A stretch of DNA of 64,000 nt from positions 1 to 64,000 of IMG/VR virus record IMGVR_UViG_3300042922_000286. One strand, given 5' to 3'. Each line of letters opens with the position of its first letter. Position 1 is the stretch's first letter. The DNA is from a virus. Lineage: Duplodnaviria; Heunggongvirae; Uroviricota; Caudoviricetes. This document shows positions 53,462 to 63,916 of the stretch, in pieces. The notes beneath the pieces are model-generated. The model saw only the letters and a program-made list of their open reading frames with translations, was not told the DNA's origin and ran no database searches. The position numbers were made by a program, and so were the translations under genes.

Positions 53462-53839
53462 TCACTTTAGCATTTGGTAGTTAACCCAAACGAACTTGGG
53501 ACGCGCCCCTTCATTGTGGAACACGAACTCCAATGTTTTCCCCGCCTCAACAGGAATAATAGCTAAGAAGTACATACCTTCGGGCAAGTCCTTCGTGAAA
53601 ATCGTATCGCATAATTGCTCACCATCTACGAATAACTCCCAATAGTCTCTAGCTTCGTATTCCGAAGCTCCCACAGATACGGCCAATAACTCAATATCCA
53701 CCTCAGGCTCAAAGTACACCCGCTGTATGCCGCCGCCTATTGACTCTAGCATCTGGCCTTTAACATAAGGTTTTGTCTTTGTAGGCATAAATGGCGGGTC
53801 AAATCGCCCGCCCGCCACATAATTAATTCCGAATGACAT
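53462..53839 (-). CDS. Hypothetical structural protein.
   Basis: ORF in the late operon. Confidence 0.4.
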   Translation of the reverse strand: MSFGINYVAGGRFDPPFMPTKTKPYVKGQMLESIGGGIQRVYFEPEVDIELLAVSVGASEYEARDYWELFVDGEQLCDTIFTKDLPEGMYFLAIIPVEAGKTLEFVFHNEGARPKFVWVNYQMLK

Positions 53840-53850
53840 TACCTCACCCC

Positions 53851-54240
53851 CTAGTTAGTCTTGCGAACGTCCGTGCTTACAAGCAATCCGCGCTCATCAT
53901 AGTTTAGTCCGATGTGATAGGAGGCTACCAGAACACCGCTGTTATCGATGACGGTCTGATCTATACTCAGTAGCTTGAATCCCGTGGATTGGTGAAGCTG
54001 AATCTCTACAACATAACCTGATTGGTAGTTCAGTGTTGCCCCTGATAGAATGACTTTGGCCTTATCGTCAGGGTTCTGTCTGTGCAATGTGACAGATGGT
54101 ACGCCGCCAAAGGGGTCAATAAATATTTGACCCCCGCCACCACTGTTGTTTCTGCTCTCGCCGCGTTGCGCTAATCTGATCTCTTCTCGAATAAGGTCAA
54201 GGATGGGGAATATAAGGTAATCATTTACAATGCCCGCCAT
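53851..54240 (-). CDS. Hypothetical structural protein.
   Basis: ORF in the late operon; 1-nt overlap with the tail lysin. Confidence 0.4.
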   Translation of the reverse strand: MAGIVNDYLIFPILDLIREEIRLAQRGESRNNSGGGGQIFIDPFGGVPSVTLHRQNPDDKAKVILSGATLNYQSGYVVEIQLHQSTGFKLLSIDQTVIDNSGVLVASYHIGLNYDERGLLVSTDVRKTN

Positions 54241-57200
54241 TAGTAGATCACTCCCCCGTTGTTAGCCCACATGAGGTCTAATTGCTGAATGGCTCCTGTG
54301 TTGGAGATCGTTGTCTTGATGCCCTTGATTATGAAGGTATCCCGAGTTGCTGTCCGCTTACTGACTACATAGATACGGTCAAGGACTTCAAGGGTTGGGT
54401 CTGCCGGGATAGCTACCGATAGGGTGCGACACAGGCGCTTCATGTCCCAAAACAGACGCTTGGCAATTTCCTGCTTCATCTTGTCAGTTTTTGCCCATCC
54501 AACGGAAACCATGGCCGAACGCAACTCCCCTTTAAGCTCCTGTAAGATGTCGGAATCGATGAAGCTCATGTACTTGTCGGTTTCATCTACGACGATCAAG
54601 TGGCTGCGGCCCCGGGAGAAATCAACGGACTTACTAAGGGAAATCAAGTTCTCGCCCTCAATGTACTGTCCTTTGACTGGCTTGTTCCATCTGATCTTTT
54701 CCAATCGGAAGGTGCCGTATCTGTCACAGTATGCGCGGTAGTTGGTGTCCTTCATGACCTCCCGCACACATTCGTTGACCTTGAACTTCCAAGCATCGAA
54801 TTTGACTGGTTGGTGAGCAAAACCATTCATCCACCCATTGATCGTCGGTACGGACTCGATGTCCTCCAAGATGAACTCGCCCGGGTTCGATGTGGCTTTG
54901 ATTACCTTCCCTTTGGCCTGATCTACCTCGATGACGTACGACTCTTCGATCACGAAGTCAGGGTACTGCAAGTCCTCAGCGGTCACCCGCCAGCTATGCA
55001 GCCCGCACCGCGTCATCAAGTCATGAACGATAGCCGATTTTAACCACTGTGCTTCGCCCTTCTTCGCTTCCTTTTCCTCAGGCGTAGGTGTGGTTCCCGC
55101 CGCCGTGCCTTTGAAGAATTGAAGGTTTACCTCAGGGTCATTAATGACTTCTTGGTAGCTCGACCAAACGCCGTCTGCCCATCTTGTGTCGGAAGCGTAC
55201 TGGTACGCGGTACCCTTGTCGCCGCCCTTCCACAAATAACGAATGTTATCGGGTGTCGTAGGGCGACCATTTAACGCTTCTTTGATTCGCTTGCAAACGA
55301 ACTTCATCTGGCAGTCAATCCCTGAATACTCGGTTTGTAGCTTGCCGCCATCGTCTCGAACACCATATCCGCAGATGTAGCCACCTTTCTCTTCCGTACC
55401 CATCCCTGTGGTGCCGAGGTTGGTTTCATGTTGCGAGATTGCTACCGCGAGTCTGTAGTCCACCGCGTATTCGCTGGCGTACTGTTGCGCTTTATAGATG
55501 ATCTTCTGCTTCCGAGTCAGCCCCGAATAGTCCACAGGATTCGGTGCATTATCCAAAACAGGGTCTTGGATGTCCGTATGCTGCTCTGCCAAGTCCCGCG
55601 GGTAGTACAGATCATCCACTAAAACCTTCTCGATAGCGCGTTTGTACATATCCCGGCAGTTGATTGTGATGGTGGCATTGTCTGCGCTCAGTTCCGCCCG
55701 ATCAATAAGTCCAGTGAATATACGGACAATATTCATTCCGTACCCGAAGTAGACACGGATAGGGGTATTCTCGCTAAGGACGCTGATCGTCGCGCCGTTT
55801 ATTTGGTACGTGAACGGGGACGGTTCAAGCAAGTCCTCGGGAAAAAGGGACGGATTGTAGTCAGGACTGTAGAATCCATTGGCGTTACTCAGCGTCATCG
55901 TGAGTGTACTGGACTCAGCCTCGAACTGGTTATCAGTCGAGATGCTTTGCACATTCTCAAGAGGGAGGGTGTCCATGTAAACGAACGAACCCACATCGAG
56001 AGGCACCTTGTCCATTCGTGTAAATGTCAGGTTGTCGGTTACCTCGACCTCATCCCAATACCCTTCGTAGTTTGCAGTGTTGGACTTGCCGACTACGTTG
56101 TTTACCATCCACTCGGGGATTTCCAAAATGGTTTTGAGCGAGAAGTTCTCGAACCTGAACTCGCCTGTGCCCGTGCCACGGTAGCTGATACGGAAGGTTA
56201 CCGTAACGGACGAACCCGAGGTCTGCGGGGGAATGTACCTATCAACGACATCTTGAAATATGCTCATATCGCCGGCATTGAATTTCTTCACATTGATTGC
56301 CAGTTTGTTATTAACAAAGATTTGGAACTCCGCGTCACCATCCATAAAATTGGTAGCGAACCTAGCGGACAGGAGTGAGGGGTTCGGATTCTTCAAGAAG
56401 TAGTGAATATCCACCACATCGTCCGTTTGCAAGGTTAGTACGGCCTGACCTTTGGTTATATCGACTGCGTGTTTGTCAGGTAGGTTGCTACTATAGCCGT
56501 AGTTTTCACCGTTGTACCAGTTACGGCTAGTAAATTCCTCCGAGTAGAGTACGCTGCCTACCCGCACGTCCACATCGCCGTCATCCACCACGTCGCCAAC
56601 ATTAACTGTGGCGCTGAATAGCTTCTGCTTCCCGTAGATGAATGGGTACGGATCAATGGCAACAGGAACGCCATCCTTACCGGGCTTGTGAATCTCGAAA
56701 TGGAGATGTGCTCCCTTACCTTTTGCCCTCTCCGAGTTAGGGTCGTCATAGGTTCCTGTAGGAATAGCCCCGCCGCCGCGTACGTTCCCTGTGTTCCCTG
56801 ACAGTCCGATAATGTCGCCTTGGCCTACACGCTGCCCGACGCTGGCATCGATCCTACTCATGTGGAAGTACTTCGTAAGGAAGCCGTCCTCATGCTCGAT
56901 GACAACGTACTTACCTGCACCGTCATACTCCCTGCTAGAGTCCGCGATCTTGACTACGCCGCCCCATACCGCGTATATCTCTGTCCCCATAGGGCACCCG
57001 ATATCAATCCCCTTATGCTTGCCGCCGCGGGTACCGTACTGATCGGTAATGTCCGCGTCCTTGCTGTATCCCTTGGCCGGGAATACGAAGTCGGTATAAT
57101 TCAGCGCGGACTCCCCGTTACCATTAGAAGAAATCCACGTACGCTGTACGCGCTTCACGTCCTGCCTGTAGCTGACATTCATTGTTAAGTCCTCGACGCG

Positions 57201-57314
57201 CCCGGGAACAAAGGCAAGTCTATCTACCTCAACACGGTAGACAGGCTTGGTAAAGTCCCCAATTTTTAGGCGCTCCTTGAGAACCTTTTCGAGTTCTGCC
57301 GAGATTTGAACCAT
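54240..57314 (-). CDS. Tail-associated lysin (Tal-like) with an M23/LytM peptidase domain and a C-terminal lysozyme-like (GH23-like) region.
   Basis: M23 motifs (HKGIDIGCPMGTEIYAVWGGVV...GAHLHFEIH) and a later region AISQHETNLGTTGMG. 1024 aa, downstream of the Dit-like gene. Confidence 0.7.
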   Translation of the reverse strand: MVQISAELEKVLKERLKIGDFTKPVYRVEVDRLAFVPGRVEDLTMNVSYRQDVKRVQRTWISSNGNGESALNYTDFVFPAKGYSKDADITDQYGTRGGKHKGIDIGCPMGTEIYAVWGGVVKIADSSREYDGAGKYVVIEHEDGFLTKYFHMSRIDASVGQRVGQGDIIGLSGNTGNVRGGGAIPTGTYDDPNSERAKGKGAHLHFEIHKPGKDGVPVAIDPYPFIYGKQKLFSATVNVGDVVDDGDVDVRVGSVLYSEEFTSRNWYNGENYGYSSNLPDKHAVDITKGQAVLTLQTDDVVDIHYFLKNPNPSLLSARFATNFMDGDAEFQIFVNNKLAINVKKFNAGDMSIFQDVVDRYIPPQTSGSSVTVTFRISYRGTGTGEFRFENFSLKTILEIPEWMVNNVVGKSNTANYEGYWDEVEVTDNLTFTRMDKVPLDVGSFVYMDTLPLENVQSISTDNQFEAESSTLTMTLSNANGFYSPDYNPSLFPEDLLEPSPFTYQINGATISVLSENTPIRVYFGYGMNIVRIFTGLIDRAELSADNATITINCRDMYKRAIEKVLVDDLYYPRDLAEQHTDIQDPVLDNAPNPVDYSGLTRKQKIIYKAQQYASEYAVDYRLAVAISQHETNLGTTGMGTEEKGGYICGYGVRDDGGKLQTEYSGIDCQMKFVCKRIKEALNGRPTTPDNIRYLWKGGDKGTAYQYASDTRWADGVWSSYQEVINDPEVNLQFFKGTAAGTTPTPEEKEAKKGEAQWLKSAIVHDLMTRCGLHSWRVTAEDLQYPDFVIEESYVIEVDQAKGKVIKATSNPGEFILEDIESVPTINGWMNGFAHQPVKFDAWKFKVNECVREVMKDTNYRAYCDRYGTFRLEKIRWNKPVKGQYIEGENLISLSKSVDFSRGRSHLIVVDETDKYMSFIDSDILQELKGELRSAMVSVGWAKTDKMKQEIAKRLFWDMKRLCRTLSVAIPADPTLEVLDRIYVVSKRTATRDTFIIKGIKTTISNTGAIQQLDLMWANNGGVIY

Positions 57315-57328
57315 ATGTCAATTCCCCC

Positions 57329-58618
57329 TTAATACTTGAATCTCTCAATGCACCACTTACGGAACCTGTTCAGGAATGCCCCCGCCTCAGACCGTTGAAG
57401 CATCTCGTCAGGTGCAAAAATATCAGGTCCCCCCACCTCAGGGTTAGGTCTTCCCGTTATCAGAGGGGAGCCGTCACCGAAACGCTCGATCTCCATTGGT
57501 GCAATATATCGGTAGTACCATGCATTAGAATCAAGGTCGGGAAACTTGCTGTTGTACGTTCCAACGAACGTGATACGACTGCCAGCAGATAGTGGGAGGT
57601 TGAACAGGATTGTGTGATCGTTGAACTCCACATAGTCATCACCGAGATCGTACTGAACTCCGTGGGCGTTGAGCACTTTCAAACCTGTCCCACCTGTCTG
57701 AAATCGATGTAGCAGCTTGAACGCCCGCTGCCCATCGTAGGCTGTATGGGATTCCGTGAAGTTCCCATTTGGAGGCTCCGTGTCCGTGAATCGGCTGTAG
57801 AAGGAGTCCCGCATTCTACAGATGAGAGCATACGCCTCTGCCCTAGTAATTCTTGCATCAGGGAAGTACCTGTCGTTCCAAAGCGGCATAGGGCTTGTAG
57901 CTGCAAACTCCCCGCCGCGCTTTACAATCGTCCCATCAGATTCCTTGGAGTAGTAAATCAACGAACAAGTCACGTTATTAAGGTTCATGGACAGGAAAAG
58001 CCGACCCGGTGCGTACGGATGGGAGGATGGAGATATAGCATACATGTCCGTTGCTGACCCAATATATTTCTCCACAAGTGCTTGCGGATCACTAACGTTC
58101 CACTCATCGACAGGGATAGGGGCGCGTCTCAACGCTTTCCCGTATGCGTAGCAGTATTCAAGGTGCCGTCCGTCCAGAGGATTCCAGTAGTAGCTGCTGG
58201 CATTGTCGAGGTCTTTGCTCGGGTACACGCCCGGGGCTACTATCTCGGGTCTTCCGTTCACGTCTACCCAAGGCTTACCCTGCATCATGACGGTTACCCG
58301 CGAACCTGCTCTTGGGGGAGCGTATAGTGTTACGGCAGTGCCCGTTACTGCTTTGTATATTGTCTGTACACCATCCACGTATACGTACAGCGGATTGGAG
58401 GTGGAAGGCTCTACATCCTCGGGTAGGGTCAGTGTGAACTCAACTCTACCGCCGTCGCCTTCAAATTCCTCATACACCTTAGGTGCAGAAAATCTATTAT
58501 AAGAGAATCCCGAGATAAGGGGATCACCGTCTTCCAGTAAATAGTTACTGGCCTCCATTACCTCGTTATAAAACCAGTCTCCCGGTAGAACATCAAGCCA
58601 TTGTCGCATCTTCATCAC
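57329..58618 (-). CDS. Tail/baseplate protein carrying two SLH (S-layer homology) motifs.
   Basis: FPDARITRAEAYALICRMRD and FAPDEMLQRSEAGAFLNRFRKW match the SLH consensus (F.P...ITRAE.A.hL.R). Confidence 0.55.
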   Translation of the reverse strand: MMKMRQWLDVLPGDWFYNEVMEASNYLLEDGDPLISGFSYNRFSAPKVYEEFEGDGGRVEFTLTLPEDVEPSTSNPLYVYVDGVQTIYKAVTGTAVTLYAPPRAGSRVTVMMQGKPWVDVNGRPEIVAPGVYPSKDLDNASSYYWNPLDGRHLEYCYAYGKALRRAPIPVDEWNVSDPQALVEKYIGSATDMYAISPSSHPYAPGRLFLSMNLNNVTCSLIYYSKESDGTIVKRGGEFAATSPMPLWNDRYFPDARITRAEAYALICRMRDSFYSRFTDTEPPNGNFTESHTAYDGQRAFKLLHRFQTGGTGLKVLNAHGVQYDLGDDYVEFNDHTILFNLPLSAGSRITFVGTYNSKFPDLDSNAWYYRYIAPMEIERFGDGSPLITGRPNPEVGGPDIFAPDEMLQRSEAGAFLNRFRKWCIERFKY

Positions 58619-58661
58619 CTCTCCCCTAGTATAGACAATAGAAAAGAGTAGACCTTGCGAT

Positions 58662-59321
58662 CTACTCTCGAATGACCTTCTCTAAGAACCTGCGTGTTCT
58701 GTTAAGGAATACTGCGAACTCAGACCGGCTAATATAGTCACTCGGACGGAAATACAACACCGGGCTTCCATCATTGTTCAACACAGCAACAATTCCGAGG
58801 TCGGCCAACTCTTGTATGTCAGGTTTGAACCAGTAATCATCCTGATTCTCGTCCTTTAGGTCTTGGAACTGGAACCTACTCTTACGGTCGTACACATCCT
58901 TCTTAATAGTCACAAGGGATACTTCCACTAGGTAGCCTCGCTTGTCTTCCCGGCCCCCTCCTGAGGATACATTACTGGTATATACAGGCTTTGGCGTTAT
59001 GGAATCTACCGCCCCTAAATAAATCTGGCCGCGCTCGTCATAGAACTTGTGAGTCCAGCCCAACCACATCATGTATTCAGCGTAATCCTCTTTGGTGGCG
59101 AACAGGAGATTGATAGTGATCTTGTAAGAGCCTAGTCCCAAACTGTTGAAATTGGACGGGGCATTGATGACTTCAAGCTCTTTGGTACGGACAGTCGGGG
59201 TAGGTGGGGTGTAAGGCTCGACAATGCGAGCCTTCACCTCCATGAAATTCATCCCCGTATCCACGAACAGCTTCCTCTTGAAGTAATCATTAGCGCTCCC
59301 GATAGGGTTCTGTGTTGGCAT
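58662..59321 (-). CDS. Distal tail (Dit)-like protein with a C-terminal SLH motif.
   Basis: Position immediately after the tape-measure gene; ELADLGIVAVLNNDGSPVLYFRPSDYISRSEFAVFLNRTRRFL is an SLH motif. Confidence 0.5.
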   Translation of the reverse strand: MPTQNPIGSANDYFKRKLFVDTGMNFMEVKARIVEPYTPPTPTVRTKELEVINAPSNFNSLGLGSYKITINLLFATKEDYAEYMMWLGWTHKFYDERGQIYLGAVDSITPKPVYTSNVSSGGGREDKRGYLVEVSLVTIKKDVYDRKSRFQFQDLKDENQDDYWFKPDIQELADLGIVAVLNNDGSPVLYFRPSDYISRSEFAVFLNRTRRFLEKVIRE

Positions 59322-59323
59322 GA

Positions 59324-62300
59324 TTACTTACCCCCGATCATCGAGTTGTAGTTTCCTTGGTAACCCGCCCGAACTTGGTTGCCAAGCTCTTGAGCCTGTT
59401 GCCTTTGACCCTTCTGCACATGCCCTGCGATGGACTTCCCGATCTTGTCAGCCTCGTCAGCGGTCATGTCAGCGCCCAGTGTTACGTTAACGATGACATC
59501 TCCGACCCTTGTGGTGACATTCTTGAATTGCGATCCTGAAGACATAGCCTCGAAGTACGTCATTGGCTGCATACCATCTGGTAGGTTGAAGGTGGACATC
59601 TTGGTGAGGGACTCCTTGATCTTAACCAAGTTATCCTTCTGCTCTTGCTGTAGCTGTGCGATACGCAGCCAGATGTCCCGGTACTGTTCTCTTTCGGAGT
59701 CCAAGTTTGGGTTGTACTTGGATAGCTCTGCCTGTAATTTAGGTAACGATTGGGCTATGATTCTGTTCTGTTCCAACAGACCTGCCCTAGTCGCACCTTT
59801 CACAGAAGCGCTATCGCTCGTTGCCCCGCCGATCAAGAGATCACTAACGCTGCCCGAGCTTGCGATGGAAGCCTTGTTGAGCGAGAAGTCGAGGTCATCA
59901 AACAACTCTGTGGTAGCGTTAGTCTTGACGCCAAGCCTGTTGCCTACGATCTGAGCGCTCATCTGTGCTGCCTGTGCCCTCTTAGCTTGTTCCTCAGCAT
60001 CCAACGCCCTCCAAGCAGGAGAGTCCTTCTGGCCCGCTTTCTCGACCTCATCCTTCTCCTTCTTGATTTGGTCTGCCGCCGCAGTCAGCAGCTTACGTTG
60101 AGATTCGAGGAAGTCGTTTGTGATCTTGATGATTTCCTCTGAGTCATCCCTGAATCCCTTAACCATAAGGTCAGCTTGACGGATTTGGAAGGCAGACTCA
60201 TTGGCGTTCAGCTTGTTGTTCGCATCCTCGTTAATCTTACCGATAAGCTGTTGGGCTTCGTCGATGGTGGTTACGTTCTCGTAACGGGTGTCCTTGATAT
60301 TGCCTTCGGTATCTACGAGGAATGCCTTGGTTGGGTCTGCCTTGTAGATTTCCTCCTGCATTTTGACCCGAGCCGCCGCGATCTCCTTGTAGATGTTGGC
60401 GAGAGCCGCATCCCGGGAGAGTGCGCCGCCATTGGATGCTCGTTGAGCCATATCATAGCCTTCTCCACCTTGGAGCTTATTCATCAAAGCGTTGTAACCA
60501 TAACCTAGCCACCCAAGCAATTTGTCACCTGTGCTCTTTTTGTCGCTACTTGCTGCATAGAATTGCTTCAAGATGTCTTGAGCCGCCATAGCGTCCATCT
60601 CAGCAATCTCACCTTCGGAGGCAATGTTTCTACCTGCACGACCTATAGTCGCCTGTAGACCGACACCTATGGACGCCGCAGCGCCTACGCGCGTCAACCC
60701 GCTGCCAACTGCTCTACCCACACGTCTTGCTCCCGAGTAGCGTTTGCGATCTGGATCCACATCCTGCTCGAACAGGACGTTACCTTGGTCATCGCGCTCC
60801 AGCTTGCCGTTAGCGTCACGGAGAGGTGCTCCCCTGCCTTGCAGCAGTCCCGTTAACAATTGCCTGAACGTGCCGCCGCCTGTACCTCCGCCCGCAGTCA
60901 ACTGCCCTGCGCCACTGGAAGCCGCGGCGATCATGGCAACCATAGCTGCCCCTCCGCTGACTTTGCTACCGTTGACGATGGCCGGGACGCCCGCACCTGC
61001 GGCATCAAACTGGCGACCTAACCTAGCCATCGTCTTGTGGTAGTTCTCGGTGCTGATTTTGCCCCTGCGATGACCTTTTTCTAGCTGATCGATCTTCCGT
61101 TGTAGGCGGTCAAACTCCTTAACGTCAACACCTGCTTGGGTGGCCAGCTTCTTCAAGGCGGCGCTGAATGCTGTAGCATCGACTGTCGCATTCTTGAACT
61201 CGGTTTGCACCATGTTCGTCTTAACGGACAGTTTGTCTTCCGAGATTCCGAGTCTAGCAACCTCATTGTCTAGCAGCTTCATACGGTTGTTAAGCATGTG
61301 CGCTTCTGCCGCCAACGCTGCCATCTGAGGCGCGATCCGCTGACTCACGCGGGTAAGCTCGGGGTCACCGCCGCGGGCAAATGCATTGTCCAACTGACTC
61401 TCGAAGAACCTGCGACGTACATTGATAGAATGTGCTTGACTGTTCATCGTTGTGCGTACCCTATCGACCCTCTCGCCACGCCAAGCGTCCCGTTTGTCTT
61501 GAACTTTGTCCATGCCTTTACCTAGCAGCCAACGGGCGCCGAATCCCATACCAAGTGTGGTCGCCAGTTGCAGAGAAGTTGCGATCTCCTGTGCATTGTC
61601 CCCGACCACCCGCAAGAATGCGTTGAGGTAAGTAGCCAGCCGGGAGAACTCTTCCTGTAAACTTTCGAACACGTCACCAGTTGCAACTTCCCACATGGTT
61701 TTGACTTGGTTTTCTTTGAACTGGTACGTACCCATCTGTGCTGCTTGGATCAGAGCAATCTCACGCGGACTGATGTCGGAAATTTCGCCAGACATGAACT
61801 TGAACACGTCTTCGGACGTTATCGCGCCATTCACGCCGCTGCCTTGGATTTGCTTTTGATTATTGGAAAGCCTACGCTCGTTAAGGACTTCGATAGCCTG
61901 TCTTTGTTGCTCCATGGCTCTCTGGCTATCCTCGACCAATGCTACCAAAGCGGCGGCTCCACCGATCTGCCAAGTTTGGGCCAGTGGTTCAAAGATTTGA
62001 TTGCGGTCAGGTTTACCAACCACTCCTACAGCGTCGAATACTGCGCCCATCAATTCAAGAATGTCACGTTGCCGCTTCACACCAGTATCAGGGTCAGTAA
62101 CGAACGGACTGAGTTTCATACCAGCAAACTGTGGGAGTTCCGAGAGTTCTTCGAGTATACTGACCGACTCAGGCTTGTAGAGATGTTCAAGTATGCTCTT
62201 GTAGAACGTACCGCCCTCTTTACCCGAACGAGCAGTACCTTGTACAAACATCGTTGATAGCGCAGTAGCCTGTGCGATGGCCTTGAACTTATCCTCCGCG

Positions 62301-63916
62301 TAAACCTCTGGCATAACGTCACGGAAGATTGCCCCCGCCCTAGCTTGCGTATCCAGAACGTCTTCGATCTTGGCTTGTGTCATGTTAGTGGATTTGATAA
62401 TCATGTTCGTTACCTTTTCCATCTCCGCGCCCACAAGCCCCCATTGAGAAGCCAGCGCCTCGAAACCCATAGCGACAGCCTCTACATCAACGTCCTCGAT
62501 GGATTTTGCTTTAAGGATTTGCCGTGTAAACGCCATCGCCTCGTTCGGGTCGTCCCATCTCCGCGAGGAAATATGGTACGCTGTAGCCGCGTCTGTGGTG
62601 CTTACGCCGTTGACATATGCCAGTTGTTGCAGAGTACGTCTGTTGCCGCCGTACGCCTTTGCACGAAGGTCTGCTTGCTCCTGCCCCAACAACTGCTCGT
62701 AGTTAGCGTCCAGTTGTTCTTTCGTAAGAACATTCTGGTCGTAGAACTTCCGACCCGCATCACCCTGCGCGTAGTAGAAGTCCTTGTCGAGCATGGTACG
62801 TTGTTGTAGACGTTCCGCCGCGGTGGACTGCATGACATTCATCGGGTCGCCGTTAGGGTCAGAAATAGCTTGCAAGTCCTTAAACATGAAGTTTTGCTGT
62901 GCCTTCAACATGTTGTACTCGAACTGCTTGTATTGGTCGTACCCGTACCACATCGCTATGCTCGGCGCTCCGATCAGGGAACCCGCCACTGTGTACCTAG
63001 CGGAGTTCATCATGGCATCTGTCAATCCATTTCTACGTTCACCCTGACGAACGGGCCGCACGTTATTCTGGTAGTCTTCAACCACGAACGGAGAGTAACG
63101 GTACCCAAGGGAATCCTGCTTAGGCGATCTAACGCCCCCGAACTTACCTACAAACAACTCGCCCGAAATGCGGTCAATGTTACCTTCGATCTTCTGAGTT
63201 TCCCCGTTCACATCCGTAAGTGTAGCTTTCCACTTACGCGTGGCGGCATCGAATTGATCGAGTTTGACCTGCATGTGGGTCATTGTTTGCATGATCGATT
63301 CCAGTTCCCTGAGCGTAACGTCCCCTTTAAGCATATCGTCTTGTCCGAACAGGTCACCTTTCGCATCGGAACTTGCCATCTGGTTGTAAAGCACTCTAAC
63401 GCGGGCAAGCTCGTTACGGAGGTCGGCAATCTCCAACGTACGCCGCCTGATGTCCGTATCGTCACCGATAGGCGTACCTGCAAGTACCGTGGAGCGCTGC
63501 TGAAGGGCGTCGAGCCTCTGGTTCAGGTCTGTGTAATCTTGCTCTCCTAGCTTGCTTCGGAAGCTGTCCCGAACCCTTTGAAGCTCGATGTCAAAGCTGT
63601 CGGCGCGAGTCTGATCCCGCTGCATGGCATAGCTTGATCTGTTGTCCAGTTGGTTCACCCGCGCTACTCGGTCGAATCCTTTGGATACAGTTTCCAACTC
63701 CATGGCGAACTGCCGCATTAACCGACCCGCCGTAGCGAGGGATTGGAGATCAACGACCTCCATAGCGGCCAAGTCCTTGGACTTGGAGATGATACGGTTC
63801 AACATCTCATCCATTTCGTTGTAGTCCTCGGCACCTAGCTTTCCGAGGAACTTCGTACGCAGACCCTCTGCCCTTATTTGCGTACGCTGCATGAACTCTG
63901 CAAGGTTCTTCTCCAT
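59324..63916 (-). CDS. Tail tape-measure protein, 1530 aa or more; the ORF remains open to the window edge.
   Basis: Very long, coiled-coil-rich, with a hydrophobic/Gly-rich central segment (AMVAMIAAASSGAGQLTAGGGTGGG). The frame has no stop between 63916 and 64000. Confidence 0.7.
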   Translation of the reverse strand: MEKNLAEFMQRTQIRAEGLRTKFLGKLGAEDYNEMDEMLNRIISKSKDLAAMEVVDLQSLATAGRLMRQFAMELETVSKGFDRVARVNQLDNRSSYAMQRDQTRADSFDIELQRVRDSFRSKLGEQDYTDLNQRLDALQQRSTVLAGTPIGDDTDIRRRTLEIADLRNELARVRVLYNQMASSDAKGDLFGQDDMLKGDVTLRELESIMQTMTHMQVKLDQFDAATRKWKATLTDVNGETQKIEGNIDRISGELFVGKFGGVRSPKQDSLGYRYSPFVVEDYQNNVRPVRQGERRNGLTDAMMNSARYTVAGSLIGAPSIAMWYGYDQYKQFEYNMLKAQQNFMFKDLQAISDPNGDPMNVMQSTAAERLQQRTMLDKDFYYAQGDAGRKFYDQNVLTKEQLDANYEQLLGQEQADLRAKAYGGNRRTLQQLAYVNGVSTTDAATAYHISSRRWDDPNEAMAFTRQILKAKSIEDVDVEAVAMGFEALASQWGLVGAEMEKVTNMIIKSTNMTQAKIEDVLDTQARAGAIFRDVMPEVYAEDKFKAIAQATALSTMFVQGTARSGKEGGTFYKSILEHLYKPESVSILEELSELPQFAGMKLSPFVTDPDTGVKRQRDILELMGAVFDAVGVVGKPDRNQIFEPLAQTWQIGGAAALVALVEDSQRAMEQQRQAIEVLNERRLSNNQKQIQGSGVNGAITSEDVFKFMSGEISDISPREIALIQAAQMGTYQFKENQVKTMWEVATGDVFESLQEEFSRLATYLNAFLRVVGDNAQEIATSLQLATTLGMGFGARWLLGKGMDKVQDKRDAWRGERVDRVRTTMNSQAHSINVRRRFFESQLDNAFARGGDPELTRVSQRIAPQMAALAAEAHMLNNRMKLLDNEVARLGISEDKLSVKTNMVQTEFKNATVDATAFSAALKKLATQAGVDVKEFDRLQRKIDQLEKGHRRGKISTENYHKTMARLGRQFDAAGAGVPAIVNGSKVSGGAAMVAMIAAASSGAGQLTAGGGTGGGTFRQLLTGLLQGRGAPLRDANGKLERDDQGNVLFEQDVDPDRKRYSGARRVGRAVGSGLTRVGAAASIGVGLQATIGRAGRNIASEGEIAEMDAMAAQDILKQFYAASSDKKSTGDKLLGWLGYGYNALMNKLQGGEGYDMAQRASNGGALSRDAALANIYKEIAAARVKMQEEIYKADPTKAFLVDTEGNIKDTRYENVTTIDEAQQLIGKINEDANNKLNANESAFQIRQADLMVKGFRDDSEEIIKITNDFLESQRKLLTAAADQIKKEKDEVEKAGQKDSPAWRALDAEEQAKRAQAAQMSAQIVGNRLGVKTNATTELFDDLDFSLNKASIASSGSVSDLLIGGATSDSASVKGATRAGLLEQNRIIAQSLPKLQAELSKYNPNLDSEREQYRDIWLRIAQLQQEQKDNLVKIKESLTKMSTFNLPDGMQPMTYFEAMSSGSQFKNVTTRVGDVIVNVTLGADMTADEADKIGKSIAGHVQKGQRQQAQELGNQVRAGYQGNYNSMIGGK

